DNA from: Escherichia phage vB_Eco_NicPhage
Reading direction: 5' to 3' (one strand)
Sequence record: OY726582
DNA: 64,000 bases
Shown here: positions 1 through 8,210 of the stretch, in pieces
How the letters are laid out: each line of letters begins with the position of its first letter
Numbering within the stretch: position 1 is the first letter of the stretch
The notes under the pieces: model-generated
Told to the model about the DNA's origin: nothing
What the model saw: the letters and a program-made list of their open reading frames with translations, nothing else
Database searches by the model: none
Translations under genes and position numbers: made by a program

Positions 1-640
1 TAGTACCTTCAAACTCAAATTCTTTATCAATACCCTTATCCTCGAGATAAGATGACGCAGTGCTCCAACAAACTTTGCGTTTATCTCCGGTGTCTAATGC
101 TGCTTTAAGAAGGTTCAGGATGTCCATATCTGAGAATACGTCAACGTCATCGATTAAGAGAACGCTGTCTGCATCACGGTTGAGCCAAAGTTGTTCGTAA
201 AGGCCAATACCAGAGATTTTACCATTAATGCTTTTGTATTTGATGAAACCATTATCATTAGCATTATTAAGTGCTTTATCCAGAGAATACGTCTTACCAA
301 TACCAGCTGCACCTGAAATAATGAGTGAACGAATTTTGCCATCAATAATACCATTCGTCATCATGTTCATTACTTTAAAGCGTTTGTTGATACGGGTTTT
401 CATATCTTCAGTGCTTTCAACAACTGCAACTGGTGATGTCTCAACTCCTTCCATTACGATGTCTGATTTGAAGACCCATACTCCACGTTCAGAACCATCA
501 ATAATAACGAAAATTTTACCATCACCTAAGTGGGAACATTCAGGATTAAGCTTTGCCGGGAACCAGGTCTTTGTGGCAACATAAGAACCAGAGATTTCGT
601 TATTACGATAGATACCTTTTTTGATTTGAACGTTGAACAT
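1..640 (-). CDS. P-loop NTPase (AAA-like); 3' end runs off the window
   Basis: Open minus-strand frame from ATG at 640 (SD GGAGA upstream) to window edge; translation has Walker A GAAGIGKT and Walker B-like LLIDDVD. Confidence 0.55.
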   Translation of the reverse strand, partial: MFNVQIKKGIYRNNEISGSYVATKTWFPAKLNPECSHLGDGKIFVIIDGSERGVWVFKSDIVMEGVETSPVAVVESTEDMKTRINKRFKVMNMMTNGIIDGKIRSLIISGAAGIGKTYSLDKALNNANDNGFIKYKSINGKISGIGLYEQLWLNRDADSVLLIDDVDVFSDMDILNLLKAALDTGDKRKVCWSTASSYLEDKGIDKEFEFEGT

Positions 641-667
641 TTTATTCTCCAATTTACTCATTTCGTT

Positions 668-710
668 TCGATAGGTCTATAGTATCATATCCTAAAAGCA
701 TGTACACTAC
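668..710 (-). promoter_or_regulatory. T4-type early promoter cassette (variant -35 GTGTACA)
   Basis: Minus strand GTGTACA ... TACTATAGACCTATC upstream of gene ending at 640; member of repeated cassette family. Confidence 0.5.
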
Positions 711-758
711 TTTTTAAAAATATTTTAACCCCCTAAAGGGACCCGAAGGTCCCCACAT

Positions 759-1025
759 TTACTTATCACACTTAGCAACATAATTAGGCATATCACAGAA
801 TACAGAGCGAGTAACTACTCGACCCTTTGACCATGCTTCAGTTGCTTGTCCAGCCGTGCTATTAATATAGCTTGATTTAATGTTCTCAATACCCTGAGAA
901 TGTGATGCATTTACCGAACCGTTAGAAGGCCCAGAAGACTGGTTACCACCAGCTCCTGTACCTGTGGTAGCACCAACAGAGAATGCCATCATTACTGCGA
1001 ATAAACCAATTACTAATTTTTTCAT
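759..1025 (-). CDS. small secreted protein (N-terminal signal peptide)
   Basis: 88 aa ORF; hydrophobic N-terminus MKKLVIGLFAVMMAFSVGA; SD GAGGTAAAT before ATG. Confidence 0.5.
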   Translation of the reverse strand: MKKLVIGLFAVMMAFSVGATTGTGAGGNQSSGPSNGSVNASHSQGIENIKSSYINSTAGQATEAWSKGRVVTRSVFCDMPNYVAKCDK

Positions 1026-1056
1026 ATTTACCTCAAGTTAAGAGTTATTTATCTAC

Positions 1057-2046
1057 TTATTTATAGTAAGAATTATGATTTTCGAGATAGACTTGCTCAA
1101 GGAAATCATCCCAGAAACTCATATCTACTTTTTGTTGCATACCGTTCTTAGCGGCTTGTTCTGATGCTTGTTCTACCTGGTCAACAATGTCTTCCAGGAA
1201 TTCTTGTACAGTTTTAAACGTATGTTTACCAAGCTTAACATCGAGAATAAATGGAGCATCCTGAAGTGGGTAAACCAGGTCGCCGGTTTTGTAAATTTCC
1301 AATAATTGAAGTCCACCACGACATGCATGACTCAATGCTTTCCAGTCAATACCTTCGTTAGCTTCTGCCTTACGAGCACGTTCACCATAGTTCTCTTCCA
1401 GTTTAACCAGGATGGCATTGAACTCTTTATTGGTTAACGTATCTTGGAATTTACGGTCTAACAGATTATAGAATGTTTGCTTACCTGTTTTCTCGTTTTC
1501 GGTTTCAACCCACGAAGCAAATTCACCTACAGGCAGAACATTCTTCATATGTGATAAACGAATTACTGCACCATTATCAAAGTATTGTCCCCATTCATTA
1601 GAACGTTTAAGGGCTTGACGAAGAACAGCCAGTCGAGAACCCTTGACACCGTATTTAGAAGCTTGCTTACGGACATACCCTAAATAAGATTTCATGTTAG
1701 TGGTATAGAAACGAGACCTGTTATCTTGAATATACTTCCATACATCAGGCAAATCAGATTTAACTACTAGACTTTGTGGAGTGTGAAGCATATCTAATGC
1801 GACGGTTTCACCATCCGCAGCTAGTTTAAAGAAATATTTGAGACTATACAACTCATGGTCCACGTCGTCTTTTGTGTTCTTAGAAGATGTGTTATTCGTG
1901 TTCTTGCTCATGTGTTCTTTAACGTTACCGGTCAAGATATCACGAGCATGAGGGACATAAATTTCTTTAAAATCGACGTCAGATTCAGGAGTAGACGTTC
2001 CATAAAGGTGGCTACCAAAGTAGCCTTTCATAATTGTTTTCATCAT
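1057..2046 (-). CDS. nucleotidyltransferase-fold protein (Pol-beta-like GS...D.D motif)
   Basis: 329 aa ORF; motif GSHLYGTSTPESDVDF near N-terminus; start overlaps upstream stop (ATGA). Confidence 0.55.
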   Translation of the reverse strand: MMKTIMKGYFGSHLYGTSTPESDVDFKEIYVPHARDILTGNVKEHMSKNTNNTSSKNTKDDVDHELYSLKYFFKLAADGETVALDMLHTPQSLVVKSDLPDVWKYIQDNRSRFYTTNMKSYLGYVRKQASKYGVKGSRLAVLRQALKRSNEWGQYFDNGAVIRLSHMKNVLPVGEFASWVETENEKTGKQTFYNLLDRKFQDTLTNKEFNAILVKLEENYGERARKAEANEGIDWKALSHACRGGLQLLEIYKTGDLVYPLQDAPFILDVKLGKHTFKTVQEFLEDIVDQVEQASEQAAKNGMQQKVDMSFWDDFLEQVYLENHNSYYK

Positions 2047-2516
2047 TTAGCCTTATATTCAAGAGTAGGACAGACTTTTTCTTTACGAGCTTTAAGGTAT
2101 TCGCCTATTAATGATTTCTTACGTTCAATAGGCTCAAGTCCATTTTTAATTCGTTCTTGGTTTTGTGCAATGAGCTCAATTTCTTTATAATATTTTCTGT
2201 CGTTATATTTGTCTAACAACCAAGACGGACCAATTACCAACCCGGTAGCAATAAAAGCCATGACTGCTACAATTAAAATGCCTACACCAATTGAGGCTGG
2301 AACTAATGTCCATAGACTGCTAAAAACAAAGAATTTAGTTAAAATTTCCTGGCCAATGATTGTGACTGCTGCTAAAATCGCAAATCCAATAATTGAAGCA
2401 GCCAATACCGGGATTAGCGTTTTCCAAAAATAAGCACACAACGTTTTCGGACGATTCCATGTACTATTGAACGCGGCATAAATTTTAAAGTGCCAAGAGT
2501 TTTCATTGATAACCAT
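2043..2516 (-). CDS. small membrane protein (about 3 TM helices)
   Basis: 157 aa ORF; hydrophobic segments; SD AAGGAA before ATG. Confidence 0.5.
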   Translation of the reverse strand: MVINENSWHFKIYAAFNSTWNRPKTLCAYFWKTLIPVLAASIIGFAILAAVTIIGQEILTKFFVFSSLWTLVPASIGVGILIVAVMAFIATGLVIGPSWLLDKYNDRKYYKEIELIAQNQERIKNGLEPIERKKSLIGEYLKARKEKVCPTLEYKAK

Positions 2517-2525
2517 AATAATTCC

Positions 2526-3059
2526 TTATTTCAAAGTTGGGATAATAGAATCGAGATAAGCTTTAAGAGCAACTGCTTCATCTTTGTCTAATGTAATGAT
2601 ATGCTGACGAAGGTCATCAATTCGGCGAATAACTACGACATCACCGTCTTCATAAGAAGGATTAACGCCTAGGACTGTTGTATAGTCAGGGCGGTCCTGA
2701 TTTGTAATAAAAGCATTACGGCATTTAGCCCATTGAAGTTTGGCCTTTTTGGCTGTTTCAGATTCCATTAATTCTTTCACCTTAGTGACGAATGTTTTCC
2801 AATTATTAATAGAAAAACACTCGTCTTCAGTTTCGATATTGGCCGCGTTGTAAAGACCCGGATAAAAACGAACTTGGAGGTCTTCACCAATGTTAATTAC
2901 CTCTCGACGACGTCCAGACGGATTGAGTTTCAAAATCTTGTCCAGTTCCATAGGAAGAATAGTAGCAGCATCATCTTCTTGTGTCAGAACATACACATAA
3001 CCACGTTTTTCGATACATAAATCACCGAACAACTCGGTTGTTTCAATTACAGTTTTCAT
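2526..3059 (-). CDS. hypothetical early protein
   Basis: Track ORF begins at TTG 3071; internal ATG at 3059 (MKTVIETT) has SD GGTGA, so start adjusted. Confidence 0.5.
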   Translation of the reverse strand: MKTVIETTELFGDLCIEKRGYVYVLTQEDDAATILPMELDKILKLNPSGRRREVINIGEDLQVRFYPGLYNAANIETEDECFSINNWKTFVTKVKELMESETAKKAKLQWAKCRNAFITNQDRPDYTTVLGVNPSYEDGDVVVIRRIDDLRQHIITLDKDEAVALKAYLDSIIPTLK

Positions 3060-3060
3060 A

Positions 3061-3240
3061 TTATTCACCAATTAAAGTTTCAACAAAATTCACCAAAGCA
3101 TTCTGGCAAGCGTCAACCTGATTTTCATAAAAATCTCCGTTATCATTTACCGCATGATAAGCTACATCATTCAAATCTGAATCAGCTTCACGTAAGTCAC
3201 GGATAAGGTCCATCAATTTATTAGCTTGTTCACGGGTCAT
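3061..3240 (-). CDS. small hypothetical protein (59 aa)
   Basis: Not in track (under 60 aa); ATG at 3240 overlaps stop of an upstream 36-aa ORF (3237..3347, SD GGAGA); ends TAA just before 2526..3059 gene; downstream of an early promoter cassette. Confidence 0.3.
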   Translation of the reverse strand: MTREQANKLMDLIRDLREADSDLNDVAYHAVNDNGDFYENQVDACQNALVNFVETLIGE

Positions 3241-3365
3241 TTTACCATACTCGTTTCAATAAGATTCACTATGCCGTTTACCATGTTATAAGTAAACATC
3301 GGATAATTGTATTGTACCACAACATAAGCGATAAGCAAAAGTTTCATTTTGTTCTCCGTTTGTTT

Positions 3366-3406
3366 TGATAGGACTACTATAACATAGTCCTACCAAGATG
3401 TAAACT
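3366..3406 (-). promoter_or_regulatory. T4-type early promoter cassette with dyad GATAGGACTA...TAGTCCTA
   Basis: GTTTAC -35, about 17 bp spacer, TATAGT -10 inside 9-bp inverted repeat. Confidence 0.55.
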
Positions 3407-3614
3407 ACCGATTGTGTTTTAAATGTTGATAAAGTTCTTCAACTTGTTTTGGGTCCAAAACAATTAGGTCATTTTCTTGACGAAGATAAATCCATCCCTT
3501 ATCCCCAGGACCATTTTTACAAAACATCACCGTCGTCATATCATCATCTTCAGCGCTTTCAGGTAAAAGTTCAAGTACACCGTCTTCAGATTTTCCAGTA
3601 TAATCGTAAAGCAT
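3405..3614 (-). CDS. hypothetical protein
   Basis: Track ORF 3405..3665; internal ATG (MLYDYTGK) preceded by SD GTGAGGA chosen. Confidence 0.4.
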   Translation of the reverse strand: MLYDYTGKSEDGVLELLPESAEDDDMTTVMFCKNGPGDKGWIYLRQENDLIVLDPKQVEELYQHLKHNR

Positions 3615-3621
3615 AATATCC

Positions 3622-3801
3622 TCACATAATCTCGTTAACATACATTTGCAATTCGGTGTGGGCATCGGCCATCTTTTTCATAGCTCTGTTAATGTCGATG
3701 TCTCCATCTTCGCAACCATGAGCATTTTCCCAATCAGATACCGCATTAGCGTACTCTTCAATCAAAAACATTAACTTAGAAATTTTTTCTTTACGTGACA
3801 T
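3622..3801 (-). CDS. hypothetical protein (59 aa)
   Basis: Track ORF 3622..3870; ATG at 3801 (MSRKEKISK) preceded by SD GAGGAGAA and its own early promoter. Confidence 0.5.
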   Translation of the reverse strand: MSRKEKISKLMFLIEEYANAVSDWENAHGCEDGDIDINRAMKKMADAHTELQMYVNEIM

Positions 3802-3804
3802 AAC

Positions 3805-3858
3805 GTTCTCCTCTAGTAAGTAAGGTTTACTATAACACAACCTGAGGAGAAGTAAACT
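3805..3858 (-). promoter_or_regulatory. early promoter with anti-SD element between -35 and -10
   Basis: GTTTAC-TTCTCCTC-...TTATAGT...-GAGGAGAA(SD)-ATG; inverted repeat TTCTCCTC/GAGGAGAA. Confidence 0.55.
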
Positions 3859-3865
3859 GATAGAT

Positions 3866-3897
3866 GCCAAAAAGCCCCAACCATAAGGAAGGGGCTA
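3866..3897 (-). terminator. rho-independent terminator after rI
   Basis: Minus strand hairpin AGCCCC-TTCCTTATGGTT-GGGGCT followed by TTTTTGG. Confidence 0.65.
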
Positions 3898-3902
3898 GTA
3901 AA

Positions 3903-4205
3903 TTAGATAGATGTAGGCTCTAATTTTATTTTCATGAACTCGGCAAATTGTCTGGCAGTTTTTATGCCTTGTTCATGACATTCAAATGCATCATCACAGG
4001 GACTATTTTTGTAATGCTTTGCCATATACTTATAGAATTTTTCAGAATTCTCGACATTTTGAATTTCAAACAAAGTATATACGTTTTTAATCCCTGATTC
4101 CATAAAGTTATCAAAATATGGGTCGATATGTGCAGTACCAACGATAGGAGTTGTTGCTGCAAAAAACCCCAGCATCGCTATGACAGCTATCGCTCTTAAG
4201 GCCAT
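3903..4205 (-). CDS. rI: lysis inhibition regulator rI
   Basis: 100 aa; N-terminal membrane anchor and strong similarity to T4 RI as recalled (MAL..A.AMLG...DP.FD.FMESGI..VY.LFE); SD AGGAGG. Confidence 0.8.
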   Translation of the reverse strand: MALRAIAVIAMLGFFAATTPIVGTAHIDPYFDNFMESGIKNVYTLFEIQNVENSEKFYKYMAKHYKNSPCDDAFECHEQGIKTARQFAEFMKIKLEPTSI

Positions 4206-4217
4206 ATAGGCCTCCTG

Positions 4218-4430
4218 TTAATTTTGGCCAGTATTTATTTTTCGCCTTTGGACGGCCTTAACATCTGCGAGGTATTTTTCCAGCTTGCGCTTGCGTGTAT
4301 AATCAGCTTTAGAACCAGTTTGACGGATATCCTCGTTTAAATGAGAAATAGAATGTCCTAATTCTCTTCGGATTTCATCCAATTGGGTTACAGTAAGATT
4401 ACGAAGTTGTCTTTCGTTTAATTGCTGCAT
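4218..4430 (-). CDS. hypothetical protein (rI.1 position)
   Basis: 70 aa ORF between tk and rI; SD AAGAGGTA. Confidence 0.5.
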   Translation of the reverse strand: MQQLNERQLRNLTVTQLDEIRRELGHSISHLNEDIRQTGSKADYTRKRKLEKYLADVKAVQRRKINTGQN

Positions 4431-4457
4431 ATATACCTCTTGGTTAGATATTAGTAT

Positions 4458-5039
4458 TTATAACAACCCTGTCAAATCGTTCCAATGCTTCCGGCATAAT
4501 GACACATATCTATCGGTATCACCAATTTCAATTTGACTGCCATCTGTAATTGGAAGTCCGTCTTCCGTGACTCTAGCTACCATTGTGGCCTTTTTACCAC
4601 AATGACAGACACCTTTAAGTTCAACAAGCTTATCGGCAATAGCCATTAATGCTTGAGAACCTTCAAATAGATTACCTTTAAAATCTGTTCGTAGTCCATA
4701 TGCCATTACCGGCACATTGTATACGTCAACAATACGACTAAGTTGATACACCTTTTCAGTAGTTAAGAACTGAGCTTCGTCAACAAATACGCAGTGAATA
4801 TCCTTTTGTGCTGCAGCCCATTTATAGAATTCAAAGATATCCATGTCTTTTGTAATTATATTGGCGTCCTGACGAATACCAATACGAGAGACTATTTCAC
4901 CTTTTGAATCGCGAGTATCAATAGCCGGTTTAAGAACTAATACACCCATGCCACGTTCTTTATAGTTATGTGCGGCAGTAAGTAATGAAGCAGACTTACC
5001 AGCGTTCATAGCGGCATAGGTAAAAATTAAACTAGCCAT
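4458..5039 (-). CDS. tk: thymidine kinase
   Basis: 193 aa; P-loop AAMNAGKS; C-terminal CHCG zinc motif; near-identity to T4 Tk over N-terminus as recalled. Confidence 0.9.
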   Translation of the reverse strand: MASLIFTYAAMNAGKSASLLTAAHNYKERGMGVLVLKPAIDTRDSKGEIVSRIGIRQDANIITKDMDIFEFYKWAAAQKDIHCVFVDEAQFLTTEKVYQLSRIVDVYNVPVMAYGLRTDFKGNLFEGSQALMAIADKLVELKGVCHCGKKATMVARVTEDGLPITDGSQIEIGDTDRYVSLCRKHWNDLTGLL

Positions 5040-5048
5040 AAGAGTCCC

Positions 5049-5231
5049 TTATAGTGAATTCATGTAGTCAATGAGTTCTTGTTCTTTCCTGTCAAATGAT
5101 TCCAACAATGCTTGATATTCTTCGTCCGTCAAAGGAGCATATTCATCATACGCATTGGTGGCTGCTTGCTCATCCAATAGGTCATGGATAAGTTCAAACA
5201 GTTTAGTTTTCTCTTCTTTAGTCAATTTCAT
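5049..5231 (-). CDS. hypothetical protein (tk.1 position)
   Basis: 60 aa acidic ORF; SD AAGGTGA. Confidence 0.45.
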   Translation of the reverse strand: MKLTKEEKTKLFELIHDLLDEQAATNAYDEYAPLTDEEYQALLESFDRKEQELIDYMNSL

Positions 5232-5440
5232 TTAGGTTCACCTTCTTTAACGAAATCTGGGTAAGGGTAAAATCCTGAGTAAAACCCTTCACCTTTATGA
5301 TTGCTACAACCTTTGTTCGAACAGTAACACCAATAATCAAAATCACAAGCCATTTCGTCATTGCATAAAGCAAAAACTACAGGCCATTCGCATTTTTCGC
5401 ATTTAGCACCTGTAAGAATTTTTGTTTGACTCATAGCCAT
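5228..5440 (-). CDS. Cys-rich (zinc-binding?) small protein
   Basis: Track ORF 5228..5455 starts at TTG; ATG at 5440 (MAMSQ) has SD AAAGGTGA; multiple CxxC pairs. Confidence 0.45.
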   Translation of the reverse strand: MAMSQTKILTGAKCEKCEWPVVFALCNDEMACDFDYWCYCSNKGCSNHKGEGFYSGFYPYPDFVKEGEPK

Positions 5441-5643
5441 GTCACCTTTAAGCAATATTCTTCTACATGTTGTTTACGGCCTTTCTTATCAATAAAGGTA
5501 TATTCAACGAATGTTCCGATGTAGTCTTTATCTACATCATGTGGACTATTAATTGGACATTTAGTACGACAAATGCGTTCCCATTGACGAATAATTACTG
5601 CCTTATTCTTTGGATCGTATGGATGTGGATAATGTATATTCAT
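5431..5643 (-). CDS. hypothetical protein
   Basis: Track ORF 5431..5658 starts at TTG; internal ATG (MNIHYP) overlaps stop of upstream gene. Confidence 0.4.
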   Translation of the reverse strand: MNIHYPHPYDPKNKAVIIRQWERICRTKCPINSPHDVDKDYIGTFVEYTFIDKKGRKQHVEEYCLKVTWL

Positions 5644-6137
5644 AATAACGGTTCCCAATCAACAATCACAATTTCTAGTTTAGTAGAATACGTATCTAAA
5701 ATCTCTTCGATGACATCCCAGTTTCCACCACCAATACCTGCACCAATTCTTGGCATATAAATTACAGGCTTTATTATCTTATTCTTTCCGAATTCATTTA
5801 ATTCTATTATACAATTCATTAAAGCAGAGTACTCAAAATTAGGTCCCGGCTCAAACTGTGTATAAAGATTAAAGCAATAAGCTTTATGGGTCTTAAAATA
5901 TTTTTCATAAACCGAATAAGTCCCGAGTTTAGACTTGTCTCCGAATTCGGTTTGAAGTTTATCGGCTTCTAAAATTTTTGGATAAGCCTTTGCTAATTGG
6001 CCTGCTACACCGGCGCCCATTGTATGAAAACAATTACACCCATGAGCAATATTATTACCTTTAGAAAACAGGGCGACAATATCGCCCTTGATATAGTTTT
6101 TAATCACTTGCTGCAAGTCCTCTATTATAAGAGTCAA
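5640..6137 (-). CDS. macro-domain protein (ADP-ribose binding/processing fold)
   Basis: 165 aa; motifs NIAHGCNCFHTMGAGVAGQ and IGAGIGGGNW resemble macrodomain Gly-rich loops; apparent TTG start after in-frame TAG with GGTGGA SD. Confidence 0.6.
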   Translation of the reverse strand: MTLIIEDLQQVIKNYIKGDIVALFSKGNNIAHGCNCFHTMGAGVAGQLAKAYPKILEADKLQTEFGDKSKLGTYSVYEKYFKTHKAYCFNLYTQFEPGPNFEYSALMNCIIELNEFGKNKIIKPVIYMPRIGAGIGGGNWDVIEEILDTYSTKLEIVIVDWEPLL

Positions 6138-6447
6138 CTAGACGGTCCACCATAGAGTTGCATGCTGCCTTATCTTTAGGTTCCGCCACCGAGCATTCTA
6201 ATATTTGCCATTTTTTATAGTATCTTTTAATTAAGGTAGACGCCTTGAACCTACTAGACGCCCCATCTTTTTCTCCGTCTTTATACGCGTATAACAATTT
6301 TTGTGAAAAATCTACTTTACACTCTTGACTTTTACCACAATAATCAGACGCCGTTCTGTTTGTATACTCCGTTACATCAGTATATGTAGTATTAGCAAGA
6401 GCGTTAAATGAAACCAAGCTAACTATTAAAGCCAACATTTTGGTCAT
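6100..6447 (-). CDS. vs: secreted protein, Vs-like (position of T4 vs)
   Basis: 115 aa; signal peptide MTKMLALIVSLVSFNALA; synteny between tk block and regB. Confidence 0.45.
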   Translation of the reverse strand: MTKMLALIVSLVSFNALANTTYTDVTEYTNRTASDYCGKSQECKVDFSQKLLYAYKDGEKDGASSRFKASTLIKRYYKKWQILECSVAEPKDKAACNSMVDRLVDSYNRGLAASD

Positions 6448-6986
6448 TCTTTTATTTCCAGTAGTTTATTTGATTTAAGGTAATTAGCCTTTTCTAGGAC
6501 TTCAGAAGCATATTTACTTCCGGCACTTGTCTTCCATCCCGCATTATATGAGGATATAGCTTTTCTTATATCCCCGTTATGTATATTTAACCAATAAGAA
6601 AATTCGATATAAGCCCATCTGGCTGAATTAGACCGCTTAGATAGCATTTTCTTAATTTGGGCATCAGTCATATTATAACCAAGCTGGTTAATTCTTGCCC
6701 TCATTGTCGGTAGATAATTTTGGAACATTCCATACGCATGGTGACCTTTCTTATCTTTAAGATTAATACCGGCAGATGATTCCTGCCATAGTATTGCGGC
6801 CATTATGTATCCAAGTCCTTTCTTATGCATATTTTCATGCGTTTTAAATTTTCCATCCTTAGAAAACTGTTCCCCAAACTGATAAGCATAATTCAAGTTA
6901 TCGAGTTGGACATTACTAAAAGTATGCTCGGAGCTATGTGCTGATAATGAAAGAGCAAATAGACCAGCGAGTAGTGCTTTTCTCAT
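6444..6986 (-). CDS. secreted lytic transglycosylase (SLT-domain) protein
   Basis: 180 aa; signal peptide; SLT motifs AAILWQESS, GMFQ, SSYNAGW; SD GAGGTAAA. Confidence 0.65.
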   Translation of the reverse strand: MRKALLAGLFALSLSAHSSEHTFSNVQLDNLNYAYQFGEQFSKDGKFKTHENMHKKGLGYIMAAILWQESSAGINLKDKKGHHAYGMFQNYLPTMRARINQLGYNMTDAQIKKMLSKRSNSARWAYIEFSYWLNIHNGDIRKAISSYNAGWKTSAGSKYASEVLEKANYLKSNKLLEIKE

Positions 6987-6994
6987 GTTTACCT

Positions 6995-7453
6995 CTAGAT
7001 TTTAATCACTGCTTTAGAAGCTTTTCCTGGTAGTCGTTTACTGTTAATAATAGCCATTCTACATTGAAGAGTCTTCATTTTGAATGCCGGATTTTCGCGA
7101 CAAACTGTAAGTCCTAACCAAAGATTTCCGTCAGTTATTTCTAAACGGCCTGGGCGATATTCGACACCTTCGACAAAATCTTCATCAACATCTGGACGTG
7201 CCGGCATTGATAAAAATTCTGCAACTTCTTTAACATGATTTTTTACTTTATGAAATAATTCAAAAACGTAATTCTCATCTATTTCTCTCTGGATGGCACG
7301 ATCTAAGAGATGTTGAGAATACTTGATATGAAAGCCTGGTAGTCCAAGAGACTTTGCAGCATCTTTTATACTGGCATTTATTTTGCGGAACTCCGTTTCA
7401 AAGATTCGACGGAGTTTATTACGGCGGATAAAAACGTCTGAATTGATAGTCAT
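6995..7453 (-). CDS. regB: RegB site-specific endoribonuclease
   Basis: 152 aa; high similarity to T4 RegB as recalled (MTIN..VFIRRNKLRR.FE.EFR...YSQHLLDRAIQREIDE); SD GAGGAGAA. Confidence 0.85.
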   Translation of the reverse strand: MTINSDVFIRRNKLRRIFETEFRKINASIKDAAKSLGLPGFHIKYSQHLLDRAIQREIDENYVFELFHKVKNHVKEVAEFLSMPARPDVDEDFVEGVEYRPGRLEITDGNLWLGLTVCRENPAFKMKTLQCRMAIINSKRLPGKASKAVIKI

Positions 7454-7459
7454 TTTGAT

Positions 7460-7510
7460 TTCTCCTCTAGTTGACAGGTCTATAGTAACACAACTAGAGG
7501 AGAAGTAAAC
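7460..7510 (-). promoter_or_regulatory. regB early promoter with anti-SD/SD inverted repeat
   Basis: GTTTAC-TTCTCCTCTAG-(23 bp containing TACTATAGAC)-CTAGAGGAGAA-ATCAAAATG; perfect 11-bp inverted repeat. Confidence 0.6.
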
Positions 7511-7514
7511 TACT

Positions 7515-7730
7515 TTATTGATAAAATGGAGTTAAAGCCCAAGATTCTTTAGATACCATATTGGCGAAATGCCTCATCTCTTCGATTTGGCGACGACGCT
7601 GGTCAGCATAGTCTTCTTCGCCTTCTTCCTTACAATCTTCAAGGTCTTCTTCAAGATACTTTAAGTATTCACTACAAATTTTGTTGACCTTTTCTTGAAA
7701 GTCCAATAACCCAGTAATAGTAGAAGCCAT
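7515..7730 (-). CDS. hypothetical acidic protein
   Basis: 71 aa ORF, start overlaps upstream stop. Confidence 0.45.
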   Translation of the reverse strand: MASTITGLLDFQEKVNKICSEYLKYLEEDLEDCKEEGEEDYADQRRRQIEEMRHFANMVSKESWALTPFYQ

Positions 7731-7996
7731 TAGTATTTTTCCTCAGGTCGAAATACTGCACGACACGCCCACATGCTGGCTTCTTTTAGATGTTGCTTAG
7801 CGTACTTAAGAGCCTGCACTGCATCCATATCTTCTTTGGTTTGTTGCTCTGTTTCATTTTCTTTCAAGATATATGCTTCTTCAATCAGAGCATCAAACAA
7901 CAATCCAAGACGGACTTCTGCATCTTTAATAGCGTTCACTTTACCGATTTTATCATCGGTATGCGGCTTGTAGCCTTTGATGTCTTCAATCGACAT
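7730..7996 (-). CDS. hypothetical protein
   Basis: Track ORF 7730..8164; internal ATG (MSIEDIKGY) with SD GAGGAAA chosen. Confidence 0.45.
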   Translation of the reverse strand: MSIEDIKGYKPHTDDKIGKVNAIKDAEVRLGLLFDALIEEAYILKENETEQQTKEDMDAVQALKYAKQHLKEASMWACRAVFRPEEKY

Positions 7997-8210
7997 AAGG
8001 AATTTCCTCATCGGTGGCAAGGTCATATTCGACCAATTGGATAGGCTCATTAATACCATATCCACGTACAGTGATATCAGTTGTCGGATAGTTTCCAGTA
8101 ATATCACCCATTCTAAATGATTCAATGAATGATTGCTCGCCTGAGCAACTAAACCAGGCGGCAAAACATTTTAAAACATCTTCAGACCCTTCTATAATCA
8201 ATTTAGCCAT
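7986..8210 (-). CDS. hypothetical protein
   Basis: 74 aa; ATG overlaps stop of GrcA-like gene (TAATG coupling). Confidence 0.45.
   Translation of the reverse strand: MAKLIIEGSEDVLKCFAAWFSCSGEQSFIESFRMGDITGNYPTTDITVRGYGINEPIQLVEYDLATDEEIPYVD

Noticed and set aside
228-584. Plus-strand 118-aa ORF
   Set aside because: Lies antisense within the minus-strand P-loop ATPase gene, which has an SD and conserved motifs; no SD or promoter of its own.
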